Origin: Candidatus Doudnabacteria bacterium
GTDB lineage: Bacteria; Patescibacteriota; Doudnabacteria; UBA920
Reading direction: 5' to 3'
NCBI GenBank assembly: GCA_016218585.1
Contig: JACRDK010000013.1
Coordinates: 1-62,402, forward strand
DNA length: 62,402 bases
Made by a program: the position numbers and the translations under genes. The notes under the pieces were generated by a model. That model did no database searches. It saw only the letters and a list, made by a program, of their open reading frames with translations, and was not told the DNA's origin. The stretch's first letter is position 1; each line of letters begins with the position of its first letter. Positions 16,952-26,040 of this stretch are shown piece after piece.

Positions 16952-18349
16952 CTACTGAAGTTGATTCTGCCGGCGTTTGCGGGCAAGCGCGAGGGCACAG
17001 AGCCCGGCGCCGAGCATCGCGAGTGTGGCCGGCTCGGGGACTTCGGATTTCGCGGTGTCGAAATTGGCTCTTGCCGATACCGTATCGGATGTCCAATTGC
17101 TTACCGTAAACTTGATCGTCGTGAGCGCGCTAGCTAGTTGCATAGGCGCAAAAGTGTTGTCAGCGGCCGCGTTGCAGCTGGTGCTTCCGCCTGCCGGTCC
17201 GGTACAACCGAGTCCGGAAATATTCGCTCCCAAATCTACTGCACCCGGATTGCCAACGGTAGTCATGCTGCCCTTTGTTACTGAGGGTACGTGAGAACCG
17301 AAGGAACTCCCGGTTACCGCCATTGAGGCGTGAAGCCCGGTGATGTCCTTCGGGTCAAAGTACAGGAGGATGGTCAAGATGTTGTCGACCGGAGCGCCGC
17401 TTGCGTTGAAGCTGGCAATGGAGACGGACACGTTGCTGAAATCTGCTCCACCGAATATCCCGGTAATCGTAACGAGTCCTCCAACGAGGGTGTCGTTGAT
17501 TATCCAATTCCCCGGGGTTCCAGTAACGTTGACATTCTGAGCCGGCCCGCCGTTCTGAGAGAACTGCACGAGAGGGTTCAGAGGTGTCGCTGTCGCCGGG
17601 ACGGCTATGGCCGTAATGGCGAGGACAATCATGAGAGCACAGGCGCATTGCTTGATGGAAAGCTTCGGCATTTTGTGCCGGTTCTTCCAGAGCAACAGGC
17701 CCAGAAGGCCGAGGCCCATCAGCGCGTAGCTGTTGGGTTCAGGGACAGGGGACCCACCGAGCTGAAAGTCGGTGAACGTTGCCTGCTGCCCTCTGTGATC
17801 AGCGTTGACGCTGCGCAAGCGCAGCAGCAACTGTTCGAACTCGCCGAATGAACCCACGTTGGTCTTGAGGAATGTTCCTTGGGTAAGCACTCCATCAAAC
17901 ACGTGGTCGACGCTGCCGTCGGCGTAGAGCTTGGTTGAGACTGTGTGGGGTGTTCCCAAAGCTCGTGGCGTGAGGTCGAAGTATACAACGTTCTCAACGG
18001 CTGGGCCGTTGTCGTAACGTTCGTAGCTAATGGCCGAACAGCACGCAAATGCGCTGCCGTCCTGGATCCGCGGGTTGTGGACGTTCGAGATGTTCTGCTG
18101 GAACATATCGATGTTCGCACCCGGGTTGTCCAGGTAAGAGAAGGAAGCCATGGTAAACATGGTGTTGAGCACCAGGTCCACCTCGGTGTTGCTGTTCTGG
18201 GTCAGGGTGATCGACCCATCTAGATTTACGACGGCGATTCCGTCGCCGACCACATCCCAGCTTTGCCCTTTCCAGGCAATCGTGGTCGCACTTGCCACCA
18301 TACAGATGGCGAATGCCAAAATCAAAAAAACGCTCGCGCGTTTTGTCAT
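16952..18349 (-). CDS. Tandem PEP-CTERM pre-protein fusion (two signal-peptide plus PEP-CTERM modules in one ORF)
   Basis: 465 aa with SD aggagg. Module 1 is aa 1-226 and ends VPEPNSYALMGLGLLGLLLWKNRHK. Module 2 starts at Met227 (17671) with its own signal peptide and ends VPEPATLAMLGAGLCALALARKRRQ. No stop codon separates them. Confidence 0.8.
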   Translation of the reverse strand: MTKRASVFLILAFAICMVASATTIAWKGQSWDVVGDGIAVVNLDGSITLTQNSNTEVDLVLNTMFTMASFSYLDNPGANIDMFQQNISNVHNPRIQDGSAFACCSAISYERYDNGPAVENVVYFDLTPRALGTPHTVSTKLYADGSVDHVFDGVLTQGTFLKTNVGSFGEFEQLLLRLRSVNADHRGQQATFTDFQLGGSPVPEPNSYALMGLGLLGLLLWKNRHKMPKLSIKQCACALMIVLAITAIAVPATATPLNPLVQFSQNGGPAQNVNVTGTPGNWIINDTLVGGLVTITGIFGGADFSNVSVSIASFNASGAPVDNILTILLYFDPKDITGLHASMAVTGSSFGSHVPSVTKGSMTTVGNPGAVDLGANISGLGCTGPAGGSTSCNAAADNTFAPMQLASALTTIKFTVSNWTSDTVSARANFDTAKSEVPEPATLAMLGAGLCALALARKRRQNQLQ

Positions 18350-18456
18350 GCGTATTCCTCCTGAGGAATTTACTAATAGCCCCTCTAAGGGTTCTTAGCG
18401 TTTCATAAGTGTAATGAAATAGTCGGGAAAAGTCAAGCCCTTTTATAGGCTTAGTC

Positions 18457-18485
18457 TTGCAATTGTTTTATATTTATGTTATAGT
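18457..18485 (+). promoter_or_regulatory. Sigma-70-like promoter (TTGCAA-17-TATAGT) for island gene B
   Basis: Exact 17-nt spacer; about 170-nt AT-rich leader before 18658. Confidence 0.55.
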
Positions 18486-18657
18486 AATGTCCTGAAGTTA
18501 AATAAATTTTCTTGTGTTGTTTTAAGCCCAAAATTTTTTTTGGACAAAAACAAGACCAGAAAAACCACTTCTTCTTTGAAGCGGCCAGTTTTGGTTTACT
18601 ATATTTTGTACAATGCGCTACTGGGAAATTTAGCGCAAAGAAAAACTAGTTAGGGGG

Positions 18658-19743
18658 ATGCACAAGATGTTTAAGATGTCACGCCTTGCGGTCGTGTTGA
18701 CCGTATTGGCGAGTTACGCATTTGCGGACGACCGTGTCCGCATTGCTACGGTCGAACTTGGGCCAACACAAGCCTTGGAAAACAATCACCGACACTGGGA
18801 TGAGTTGGGATCGATTGAACACCAAGACGGCAGTCTGTGGAAGCCCTGTGAATACTCCACTGTATCGGACAAGGAGTTTTATGTCCCATTACAGCCTCAG
18901 CGCAACAGAGTTAAGGCTTTGGCGTTGATCGCCGAGTCCAGAAACTGCACTGCGAAACCGATTTCGCCCGTTGCTTTGGCTTCTACGCCACCGGCCAAGC
19001 CGCTCGTTCAAACACAGCCCGCAAAGACCGAGGTTCAGGCCAAGGTTCAGCCGGCTCCGATCCAGGCCAAGTATCAACCGTCCGTGTTGACGCTTACGCC
19101 TCGGGCGAGAGAGACTGCGCTGGAAAAAGAGCTTAGCGCTTACCGCGCTCGGTTGAATTCCGCCGACGACGCTCGGGTTCAGATGATCAGGGCGATGAAG
19201 GATGATCTGGAACAAAACTACATCCGCAAGGATGGAGTTGTTCCAAAAGAACAACACGAACGCGACCTGGCAAAAGCCAGACTCATCGGCACCTGGTCGA
19301 CAGCATCCGTTGGTTTGATCTGCGCGATTTTGGGTTTTTTCGGCAACGAAAGGCTTCGTAACCGGAACATAAGAAAGCGCAGTCGAAAAGCTGGGCATCA
19401 CAATCAAGAAACCAGTCAAGAAGATGGTGTTCTGTTTTTTCTGAAAGAACCTCAAACTGACAATTTCGCTGAGCCGGTGTTCGTTGCGAGGTACGCCAAA
19501 AGCCATCACGACATTCCAGAGCTACCCGATCTGAAATATCGTGGCAATGGTTTTCCTATCACGCCTTCGGACGGACTAACGGCCGTCCAGATGCAACATT
19601 TTGCGTTGCATCGCAAGGTCAGGGCTTGGATGGAAAACAACCCAAGCGTCAACGCTGAAGTCGTTGCCATCAGCGACCAGAACAGTTCCGTCAGAACTCG
19701 TAGTTCCGAAAGGCGCACTGACAAACGCACCGCAATTGCCTAA
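18658..19743 (+). CDS. Bitopic envelope protein B (same architecture as protein A)
   Basis: 361 aa: signal peptide, Pro/Gln-rich linker (PAKPLVQTQPAKTEVQAKVQPAP), coiled coil, TM (WSTASVGLICAILGFF) and a 130-aa tail. The start may instead be ATG 18667 or 18676. Confidence 0.7.
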   Translation: MHKMFKMSRLAVVLTVLASYAFADDRVRIATVELGPTQALENNHRHWDELGSIEHQDGSLWKPCEYSTVSDKEFYVPLQPQRNRVKALALIAESRNCTAKPISPVALASTPPAKPLVQTQPAKTEVQAKVQPAPIQAKYQPSVLTLTPRARETALEKELSAYRARLNSADDARVQMIRAMKDDLEQNYIRKDGVVPKEQHERDLAKARLIGTWSTASVGLICAILGFFGNERLRNRNIRKRSRKAGHHNQETSQEDGVLFFLKEPQTDNFAEPVFVARYAKSHHDIPELPDLKYRGNGFPITPSDGLTAVQMQHFALHRKVRAWMENNPSVNAEVVAISDQNSSVRTRSSERRTDKRTAIA

Positions 19744-19768
19744 AGGTTTAGGCTAACATCAACTGTGT

Positions 19769-19860
19769 AACATCAGCAGACTCGATTTAATGCACTGCCT
19801 CGCTTGGCCCTGCATTTAACAGGGTCTTGCCGATGGCATCAGAACAATCTTGTCTCAACA
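19769..19860 (+). repeat. 93-nt 3-prime-flank repeat, copy 2
   Basis: See 16707-16799. Confidence 0.9.
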
Positions 19861-19968
19861 CAAAGCAATTACTGATCTGTGGTTTATCCATAGGTCGGTT
19901 TTTTGTTGCCAATTTTGTTTTTTGTTAAAAATATGCCATAATAATAAAGTAAAATTAAAATATACATT

Positions 19969-22656
19969 ATGTTTGGAAGGGGATCGAGTCCTGAATTTAA
20001 TAGTATAAATCCGGATTCATACACGACAGACGAAACAAAAAAAGAAAATAAAGAAAAATCAACAGACGGAAATAAAAAAAAGTTACGGGATTTTTTTAAA
20101 CGCAATAAGTCTAAAGAAAAAGAAAAACAACCGGAAAATGAAGCCTCGGCAAATTCAGATTCTGCCGGGGAAGTTTTGGTTGGTGAAATTGTTTCTGACG
20201 ACGAAATTCCACAGTATATAAAAGATGGGGTAAGTAATCCGCAAACAGCACAAGAAGCAGCTTCGGCAATAAATGAAAAATCCGTTTTTGGACAAAAACT
20301 AAAAAAAACCTGGGAAACCTTAAAACCCGTTGTTGCTAGCGCTGCTGCCGGTGCCGCCGTGCGTTCTGCCACCAAGTTTGCTTTAAAGCGCACATTGGAT
20401 TTTGGCACTGTCGGCGCTTCGGCTGGGGCCGGGGCAGTTGTTGGCGGCGGTATGGAATTTTACAAACAGAACAAGGCGGAAAACCGCCGGTTGTTTAACT
20501 TGGAAACTTATAACAAAACGCTGGATGGTTATAAAGAAATGTCGGCATTAGAAAAAGCGGAAAGTTATGTAGCGATTACCGAAGCATTGGAGCAGCGAGG
20601 GCTAGACCGCGGGCAGCATGCCGAGCTCTCCGCCCGGCTCACTACTTTAAAAGTTGCTTTGGAAAATAAAACCGAATGGGAAAGTCTACCCGAGGCCGAA
20701 CGCTTGCTGAAATATATGAAAGCCCGGGAACAAGCCGAAAGGGAAGAGCTGCCCAAGGCGATGAAAAAAGAAGCGGGAAAAATTTTAAAAGATTTATTTA
20801 AAGACAAAAATTTAAATAAGAATTGGAAAAAAATTAGCACCCATACTATAAAAGGTGCCGTTATTGGCGCGGGAGCCGGAGCCTTAGGTGCTTGGGCTTT
20901 TGACCATTTTATTGGCTCTGCTGTAGATTCACATCACAGCGCGCAAGTTGTAGCGGAAAAAGCAGCGGAAGCTGCTAAATCAAACTTGGCGCATCAGGCT
21001 GAGACTGTTGTAAATTTACCCAGCAGCCAGGACACACAGGAACTGCATAAAACAGTTTGGGATACAGCCAAACATTTTTTGGAAAGCCATGGCGTTAAGC
21101 ATCCATCGGTAAAAGATCTTAATGAGGCAATGATTACCATTTGCAAAGAAAATAATATAGAAATAACCGGACACCATCCTGGAGCAGCAGGGGGCACCTG
21201 GTATGAGGGCTTTAATCATGCTCACCAAGAAGGTGCTAATACAATAAAGGATATTAATTTAAAAGATGGAGTTGAATTAAAAGGTTTTGATAAGTTGGGC
21301 GATATTATTGCCAAGGCCGGCGGCACAGTGCCAAGGCCGACAGAAGTTAAGTTGTCCTGGCCGGTGGATTTGCACGGCCTTCACCCTTCTTCTAATGGTC
21401 CAGTTGAAGTAAGTGCTGCCCGCGCGGCAGAGGCTTTGAGCTCACAGGATCAAAGTTTGAGAAAAATAACTTTGATTATTGGAGGCGGTATAGCTGTGGC
21501 CGCTGAGGCAATGCATTATATTAGTTGGCAGAAGAAGCAAAAGGAAAAAAAATCTCTAACTCAAATAGAAAGTAATACTTCTCCGCAAGAGCCAACGCAG
21601 CCTTCTCCCGCTCAAGAGAGCGTTCCGCCCAAAGAACAAACGCAAACAAACAAACCAGGTGTTTGGGATAAAATAAATTCTAAAATAAAGCGAGTCCCGG
21701 TTGAAAAGACCCTGGACGCTTTAAAGTTGGAATCAGAAAAAAAATTGGAAGCTGCAAAAAAAGAAGCGGAAAATTTGTATCTTAAAGAAAACGAAAGAAT
21801 GCAGGCTTTGGAAAAATTTGTATATTCCTACCAGGCGCAAACCGAACCAAAAGCGGAGAAGGAAGAGCAGTATGAAAAGCTAAGGGACAAGTTGGGTAAA
21901 ATTTATAACAAAGAAGCCCAAATGCGCCTAATGGAAAATATGTCTTTGGACGAACAAAAAGATTTTACGGAATTTTGGAAAAATTTTACATTGGATCTAC
22001 AGGATCGTTATCAAAAGGCTGAAGTACGTGCCGCGCAAATATGGAGTCAAGAAGCTGGGAGTATAAAAGAAAATGAACCTAAGCCGGATGCGGGGGGCGA
22101 CGAAGCTCCAAAGAAAGCAAAGACTGCGCCTGCAAACAAACCGGGAGCGCTGCCTAAAAATAATGAAAATAAGCCTGCTCAAAAACCCGGAGAACAGGTA
22201 AAACCAGCCTCGCTTGGTTCGGAAGTAGGGAAGTCTAACGCTAAAGAAAAAGCAGACAGAAAAACAGAACTTTTACAAGAAATGAAAGATTTGGGCTTAA
22301 TGAGACCTGATGCTACAAAAAAGAATTTTAGTAATGAGGAGAGGATAGCTCTTAATAAATTTGTTTATTTAATGCAGGAAAAAGATACAAGCTTGCTTCA
22401 GAGTGTGTATGGTGAAGCGGCATTTGAGAAACGGAAAGTCTTAACCTCTGCCTTTAGAGGTTTAAATCAAAATAAGCCAGAGCTATTAATGAAATTTTGC
22501 AGGGACGCTTTGGCTTTAGCCGATCAAAACAAAGATAACGGTGAGGGCATTAAAAAAATGCTGACAGAGATGAAGGCGATAAACGCTGAGATTGCTAAAA
22601 TAGTAGATGAGGAAATTAAAAAACATAAAGCCCCTGTTAAAAAGAGAAAAAAATAA
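19969..22656 (+). CDS. Large Lys/Glu-rich membrane-associated protein, unknown family
   Basis: 895 aa uninterrupted ORF. It has Gly/Ala-rich hydrophobic segments (GASAGAGAVVGGG, GAVIGAGAGALGAWAF, ITLIIGGGIAVAAEA) and long coiled-coil-like K/E stretches. Confidence 0.7.
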   Translation: MFGRGSSPEFNSINPDSYTTDETKKENKEKSTDGNKKKLRDFFKRNKSKEKEKQPENEASANSDSAGEVLVGEIVSDDEIPQYIKDGVSNPQTAQEAASAINEKSVFGQKLKKTWETLKPVVASAAAGAAVRSATKFALKRTLDFGTVGASAGAGAVVGGGMEFYKQNKAENRRLFNLETYNKTLDGYKEMSALEKAESYVAITEALEQRGLDRGQHAELSARLTTLKVALENKTEWESLPEAERLLKYMKAREQAEREELPKAMKKEAGKILKDLFKDKNLNKNWKKISTHTIKGAVIGAGAGALGAWAFDHFIGSAVDSHHSAQVVAEKAAEAAKSNLAHQAETVVNLPSSQDTQELHKTVWDTAKHFLESHGVKHPSVKDLNEAMITICKENNIEITGHHPGAAGGTWYEGFNHAHQEGANTIKDINLKDGVELKGFDKLGDIIAKAGGTVPRPTEVKLSWPVDLHGLHPSSNGPVEVSAARAAEALSSQDQSLRKITLIIGGGIAVAAEAMHYISWQKKQKEKKSLTQIESNTSPQEPTQPSPAQESVPPKEQTQTNKPGVWDKINSKIKRVPVEKTLDALKLESEKKLEAAKKEAENLYLKENERMQALEKFVYSYQAQTEPKAEKEEQYEKLRDKLGKIYNKEAQMRLMENMSLDEQKDFTEFWKNFTLDLQDRYQKAEVRAAQIWSQEAGSIKENEPKPDAGGDEAPKKAKTAPANKPGALPKNNENKPAQKPGEQVKPASLGSEVGKSNAKEKADRKTELLQEMKDLGLMRPDATKKNFSNEERIALNKFVYLMQEKDTSLLQSVYGEAAFEKRKVLTSAFRGLNQNKPELLMKFCRDALALADQNKDNGEGIKKMLTEMKAINAEIAKIVDEEIKKHKAPVKKRKK

Positions 22657-22660
22657 TTAT

Positions 22661-22978
22661 ATGTTAAACCAAGAAACATTATTTCAAAATGGCGGGGAAG
22701 AGCTTTTAAAAGAATTGGGGCTTGCAGAAGTGGATCCTGAGCAAAAGCTTAAATTGGTAGAAACCCTGGCGCAGAGGTTTGAGAGCGTAACTTTTAAAAC
22801 AACCCTTGGCCTAATGAACGACGCCCAAAGGCTGGAGTATCTGGAGGCAGTTAAAGATCCGGATAAAAACGGAGCAAAAATTGAGGAGCTGGCCTCTCAG
22901 GTAGAAGGTTTGGCCGAGGAAATTGAAGCTGCCTGGCTGTTTGAGCTTGAGTCTTTAAAGCATATTTTAAAAAAATAG
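22661..22978 (+). CDS. Small acidic helical protein, unknown function
   Basis: ATG at 22661, 5 nt after the preceding stop; 105 aa. The longer track ORF (22607) overlaps the upstream gene. Confidence 0.6.
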   Translation: MLNQETLFQNGGEELLKELGLAEVDPEQKLKLVETLAQRFESVTFKTTLGLMNDAQRLEYLEAVKDPDKNGAKIEELASQVEGLAEEIEAAWLFELESLKHILKK

Positions 22979-23157
22979 CTTAAACTCATAGCCGGTTAGG
23001 TTGTTTTTTTGCACAAATTTCCGATTGTGCTATAATTTATGGGTCATTTAAATCGCCAAAATAGCGGTCAAAAAACAAAAATCAAACGCGAAAAACAGCC
23101 AAGTTGTTAAGCGCTTGATTTTATTTTTTTAATCGATTATTCTGAACATAGAACAAC

Positions 23158-24351
23158 ATGAAAAAAACTATGGAAGTTAAACCAAAAATTGAAACGTTTG
23201 CCAGAATTAAGGTCTTAGGTATTGGCGGCTCGGGTACTAACGCCGTTAACCGTATGACGCAGCTTGGCATTCGTGGAGTAGAATTCATCGCCGTAAATAC
23301 CGATGCGCAGGCTTTGCATAATAACCAAGCTGACCGCAAAGTTCACATTGGCAAAAGCGCGACCAAAGGTTTGGGCAGCGGAATGAATCCGGAATTAGGC
23401 AGGCAAGCTGCTGAAGAGAGCGTGGAAGAACTGGAAGAAGTTATCGACAACGCCGATATGGTTTTTATAACCTGCGGGCTTGGCGGCGGCACCGGTTCAG
23501 GCGCAGCGCCGATTGTTGCGGAGATCGCCAAAAATAAAGGCGTGCTCACCGTGGGTGTTGTAACCAAACCGTTTACTTTTGAAGGAAGCAAAAGAAAAGA
23601 AGTTGCCGAGAATGCTTACGACAATTTAAAAGATAAAGTAGACGCAATAATTTCCATTCACAACGATCGCATATTGCAAATTATAGACAAGAAGACTTCT
23701 TTGGTAGACGCCTTTAAAACTGTTGACGAAGTTTTACGCCAGGGTATTGCCGGTATCTCCGATCTCATTACCACCCATGGTATTGTTAACGCAGACTTTG
23801 CCGACGTGAAATCTATTATGCAAGATGCCGGAACCGCGTTAATGGGTATTGGAAGAGCCAGCGGCGAGACTAGAGCGCAAGACGCGGCCAGAGCGGCAAT
23901 TAATTCTCCGCTTCTCGAAATGACTATCGACGGCGCCAAGGGAGTGTTGTTCAACATTACCGGCGGCAGCTCTTTGGGTATGTTTGAAATAGACGAAGCT
24001 GCTAAAGTAATTACAAAGAGCATTGATCCTGATGCCAAGGTAAAGTTCGGCGCGGTGATAGACGAAGCAATGGGCGACGAAGTAAGAATTACAGTTATTG
24101 CTACCGGCTTTGACGAATCCAGCAAGCGCAATAACGCGGTGTCTATGGTTTTAAATGAAGAGCCAAAGAAACCGAAGTTTACCGAGTCGAGAATTTTCCC
24201 AAACCCGATGCCGGCTCCGGAAGTAAGAAAGCCGATGTTTAATCCAAAACCTGCTCCGCCAATCGACAACATTGAAGTGAGCGCAGATGAAAGCCAAACC
24301 CCGGAAGACGAACTTGATATCCCGGCTTTCATTCGCAAGAAAATGAAATAA
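23158..24351 (+). CDS. ftsZ: Cell division protein FtsZ
   Basis: 397 aa with the tubulin signature GGGTGSGAAP and the conserved C-terminal peptide DIPAFIRKK. Confidence 0.97.
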   Translation: MKKTMEVKPKIETFARIKVLGIGGSGTNAVNRMTQLGIRGVEFIAVNTDAQALHNNQADRKVHIGKSATKGLGSGMNPELGRQAAEESVEELEEVIDNADMVFITCGLGGGTGSGAAPIVAEIAKNKGVLTVGVVTKPFTFEGSKRKEVAENAYDNLKDKVDAIISIHNDRILQIIDKKTSLVDAFKTVDEVLRQGIAGISDLITTHGIVNADFADVKSIMQDAGTALMGIGRASGETRAQDAARAAINSPLLEMTIDGAKGVLFNITGGSSLGMFEIDEAAKVITKSIDPDAKVKFGAVIDEAMGDEVRITVIATGFDESSKRNNAVSMVLNEEPKKPKFTESRIFPNPMPAPEVRKPMFNPKPAPPIDNIEVSADESQTPEDELDIPAFIRKKMK

Positions 24352-24391
24352 GTCTACAGAATAAATACAAATACTACAGAAACCTACAGAA

Positions 24392-24423
24392 ATTACCATC
24401 CAGATTTGGGTGGTAATTTTTTT
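24392..24423 (+). terminator. Rho-independent terminator after ftsZ
   Basis: attaccatcc-agattt-gggtggtaat followed by T7. It is flanked by CTACAGAA / TGTAG words. Confidence 0.8.
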
Positions 24424-24752
24424 GATTTTTTGTAGGCATCTGTAGTGACTCCATTGTAGTTGCTTTTTTTCTCTAGCCGTGCTATAATATATATGTTAAT
24501 GATTTCAAATGGTCGAACCGCTAAAATAGCGGGGGAATCAAACTAAACTGAATACATCCAGCAAAAATATGGATGAATTCGTTGAAACAAAAAATAAAAC
24601 AAAATTAAATAATATAGAGAGTTAGGCAGATAGGAAGTTTGCCGGTTGTTTTTGTTAAGGAGTGTGTGCGCAATCACTTCTCCTTCTTAAAAGTTTTAAG
24701 AATGCCGGAGGGAAAAACGCCAAATAACTTTGCTTTTTGTCAAATAAAGTTT

Positions 24753-25187
24753 ATGCACATAATGACTCAAGAAACACCGGGAAAAGTTTTTTCTCTTTTG
24801 GGCGCGGCCTTTGCTTCAATGTTCTTTTTGTTCGCGGTTACAACCAGCAATGCCAGCTTTGAAAAAATGGAAGTTCCTTTTCCTGACGTTTTTGCGCCAT
24901 CACAAGTGGTAGCCACGCTGGACAGCGTCGCAAACGGTTATTCAAATTTTGTCTATGCAAATTTGATTAATCCGGCAAAACAAGATTATGCATTTTATGC
25001 CGACAACGTTTCATTCGTTGCCGAAGAGGCTGGTCCGTCCCTCTTACAAATTGCGGGCCTGCAGGGTTTATCTAGTCCGAGCATTGCTCACGCAGAAAAT
25101 GGCCAGGTGGCCGGAGCTTCGGACAAAATTGTTTATAGCAAATATTACCCAAGCTCAGGCGGGGTATTTAGTGTATTTTTTAAATAG
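24753..25187 (+). CDS. Hypothetical secreted or membrane-anchored protein
   Basis: The ORF has a hydrophobic N-terminus (VFSLLGAAFASMFFLFAVTTSNA). The start is uncertain (ATG 24753 or 24762; the track starts at 24639). Confidence 0.45.
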   Translation: MHIMTQETPGKVFSLLGAAFASMFFLFAVTTSNASFEKMEVPFPDVFAPSQVVATLDSVANGYSNFVYANLINPAKQDYAFYADNVSFVAEEAGPSLLQIAGLQGLSSPSIAHAENGQVAGASDKIVYSKYYPSSGGVFSVFFK

Positions 25188-25226
25188 CCCTATAAAAGAA
25201 TTTTAGGAAAGATAAAGATAAATTTT

Positions 25227-25257
25227 AAAACTCCCGGATGTGCCCCCGGGAGTTTTT
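25227..25257 (+). terminator. Rho-independent terminator
   Basis: aaaactcccgg-atgtgccc-ccgggagttttt. Confidence 0.75.
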
Positions 25258-25404
25258 ATTAGTGACGTAAGGCGAGCAGTCTTGCTTGCAAGGCAAGCGA
25301 GCTTAAACTGCGAAAAGAAGTTTGCTCCTTGGGGGCCCCGAGATATCTTTATTTATCCACTGGTGAATTTTAAATTTTGTGATACAATTATTTTTACAAC
25401 TCAT

Positions 25405-25560
25405 CTGCGATTAGTTGCCCCGAGAACGGGGTTTGGTTTAGGAAAGTCGGGTTTAATTCCCGCGCTGTGCCGCAACTGTAAAGCCTAAAAAATTTAGGAC
25501 AAGCCAGGCACTACCAGCTAATTGTACGACGGTCTCTTTCCCCGAGCAGGGAACAGGGAT
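25405..25560 (+). promoter_or_regulatory. Cobalamin (B12) riboswitch
   Basis: B12-box core aggaaagtcgggtttaattcccgcgctgtgccgcaactgtaa, then aagccaggcac. This fits the GGGAA..GGTG.AA.TCC..CCCGC.ACTGTAA..GCCA pattern. It lies directly upstream of 25593. Confidence 0.75.
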
Positions 25561-25592
25561 TTTTATGTTGGCCAACTTTAAGGAGTGAATTG

Positions 25593-26021
25593 ATGAAACG
25601 CAGAATCTTTCTGTCCGGTCTTTTTGCTGCGCCTGTGTTTGCGGCCAGCTATGTTTTAAGCTCGCGCCAAAGCGATGGCAGCTTGCTGCTCTCGGGCTTT
25701 AAGAACGGCTACTTGTATGACGCAACAATTAAGGCCGGGCTGGACGGGAGTTTGTCCAAGTATGAAGTTAACGTCACGGCCAAAAGAAGCTGTACGGTTG
25801 AAAGCTTGTTGCTTGCTGCCGGACTCGAACCGATATTTAAAGCAGGCTTCAGCGGCCTGGACGGGGCTTTGCTGGTGCAGCTAGAAGATGCGGCAGGGGA
25901 CTTTAACTTGCTGGTTGATGGCGTCTTGTTTTTGAACGACAGTGCCGGTTCAAAGAAGCTGCTGCCCGGGCAGAAACTCACTATTCGAGCTCTGACGGGA
26001 AGCAAGCTAGTGGCAAAGTAG
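25593..26021 (+). CDS. Secreted DUF4430-like (transcobalamin beta-domain-like) protein with a twin-arginine-type signal
   Basis: SD aaggag 7 nt before ATG 25593. N-terminus MKRRIFLSGLFAAPVFAAS. The C-terminal region FNLLVDGVLFLNDSAGSKKLLPGQKLTI resembles the DUF4430 pattern seen in 30527-31000. G+C-richer than its neighbours. Confidence 0.55.
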   Translation: MKRRIFLSGLFAAPVFAASYVLSSRQSDGSLLLSGFKNGYLYDATIKAGLDGSLSKYEVNVTAKRSCTVESLLLAAGLEPIFKAGFSGLDGALLVQLEDAAGDFNLLVDGVLFLNDSAGSKKLLPGQKLTIRALTGSKLVAK

Positions 26022-26040
26022 AAAGTATTTCTGAGCGCGA

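Noticed and set aside
16707-19860. The 93-nt repeats as integron attC sites or cassette boundaries
   Set aside because: There is no RYYYAAC / GTTRRRY core pair at the ends, no extended imperfect dyad typical of attC, and no integrase in the window.
25240-25488. 82-aa ORF
   Set aside because: It runs through the cobalamin riboswitch core. The riboswitch reading explains the conservation-like pattern better.
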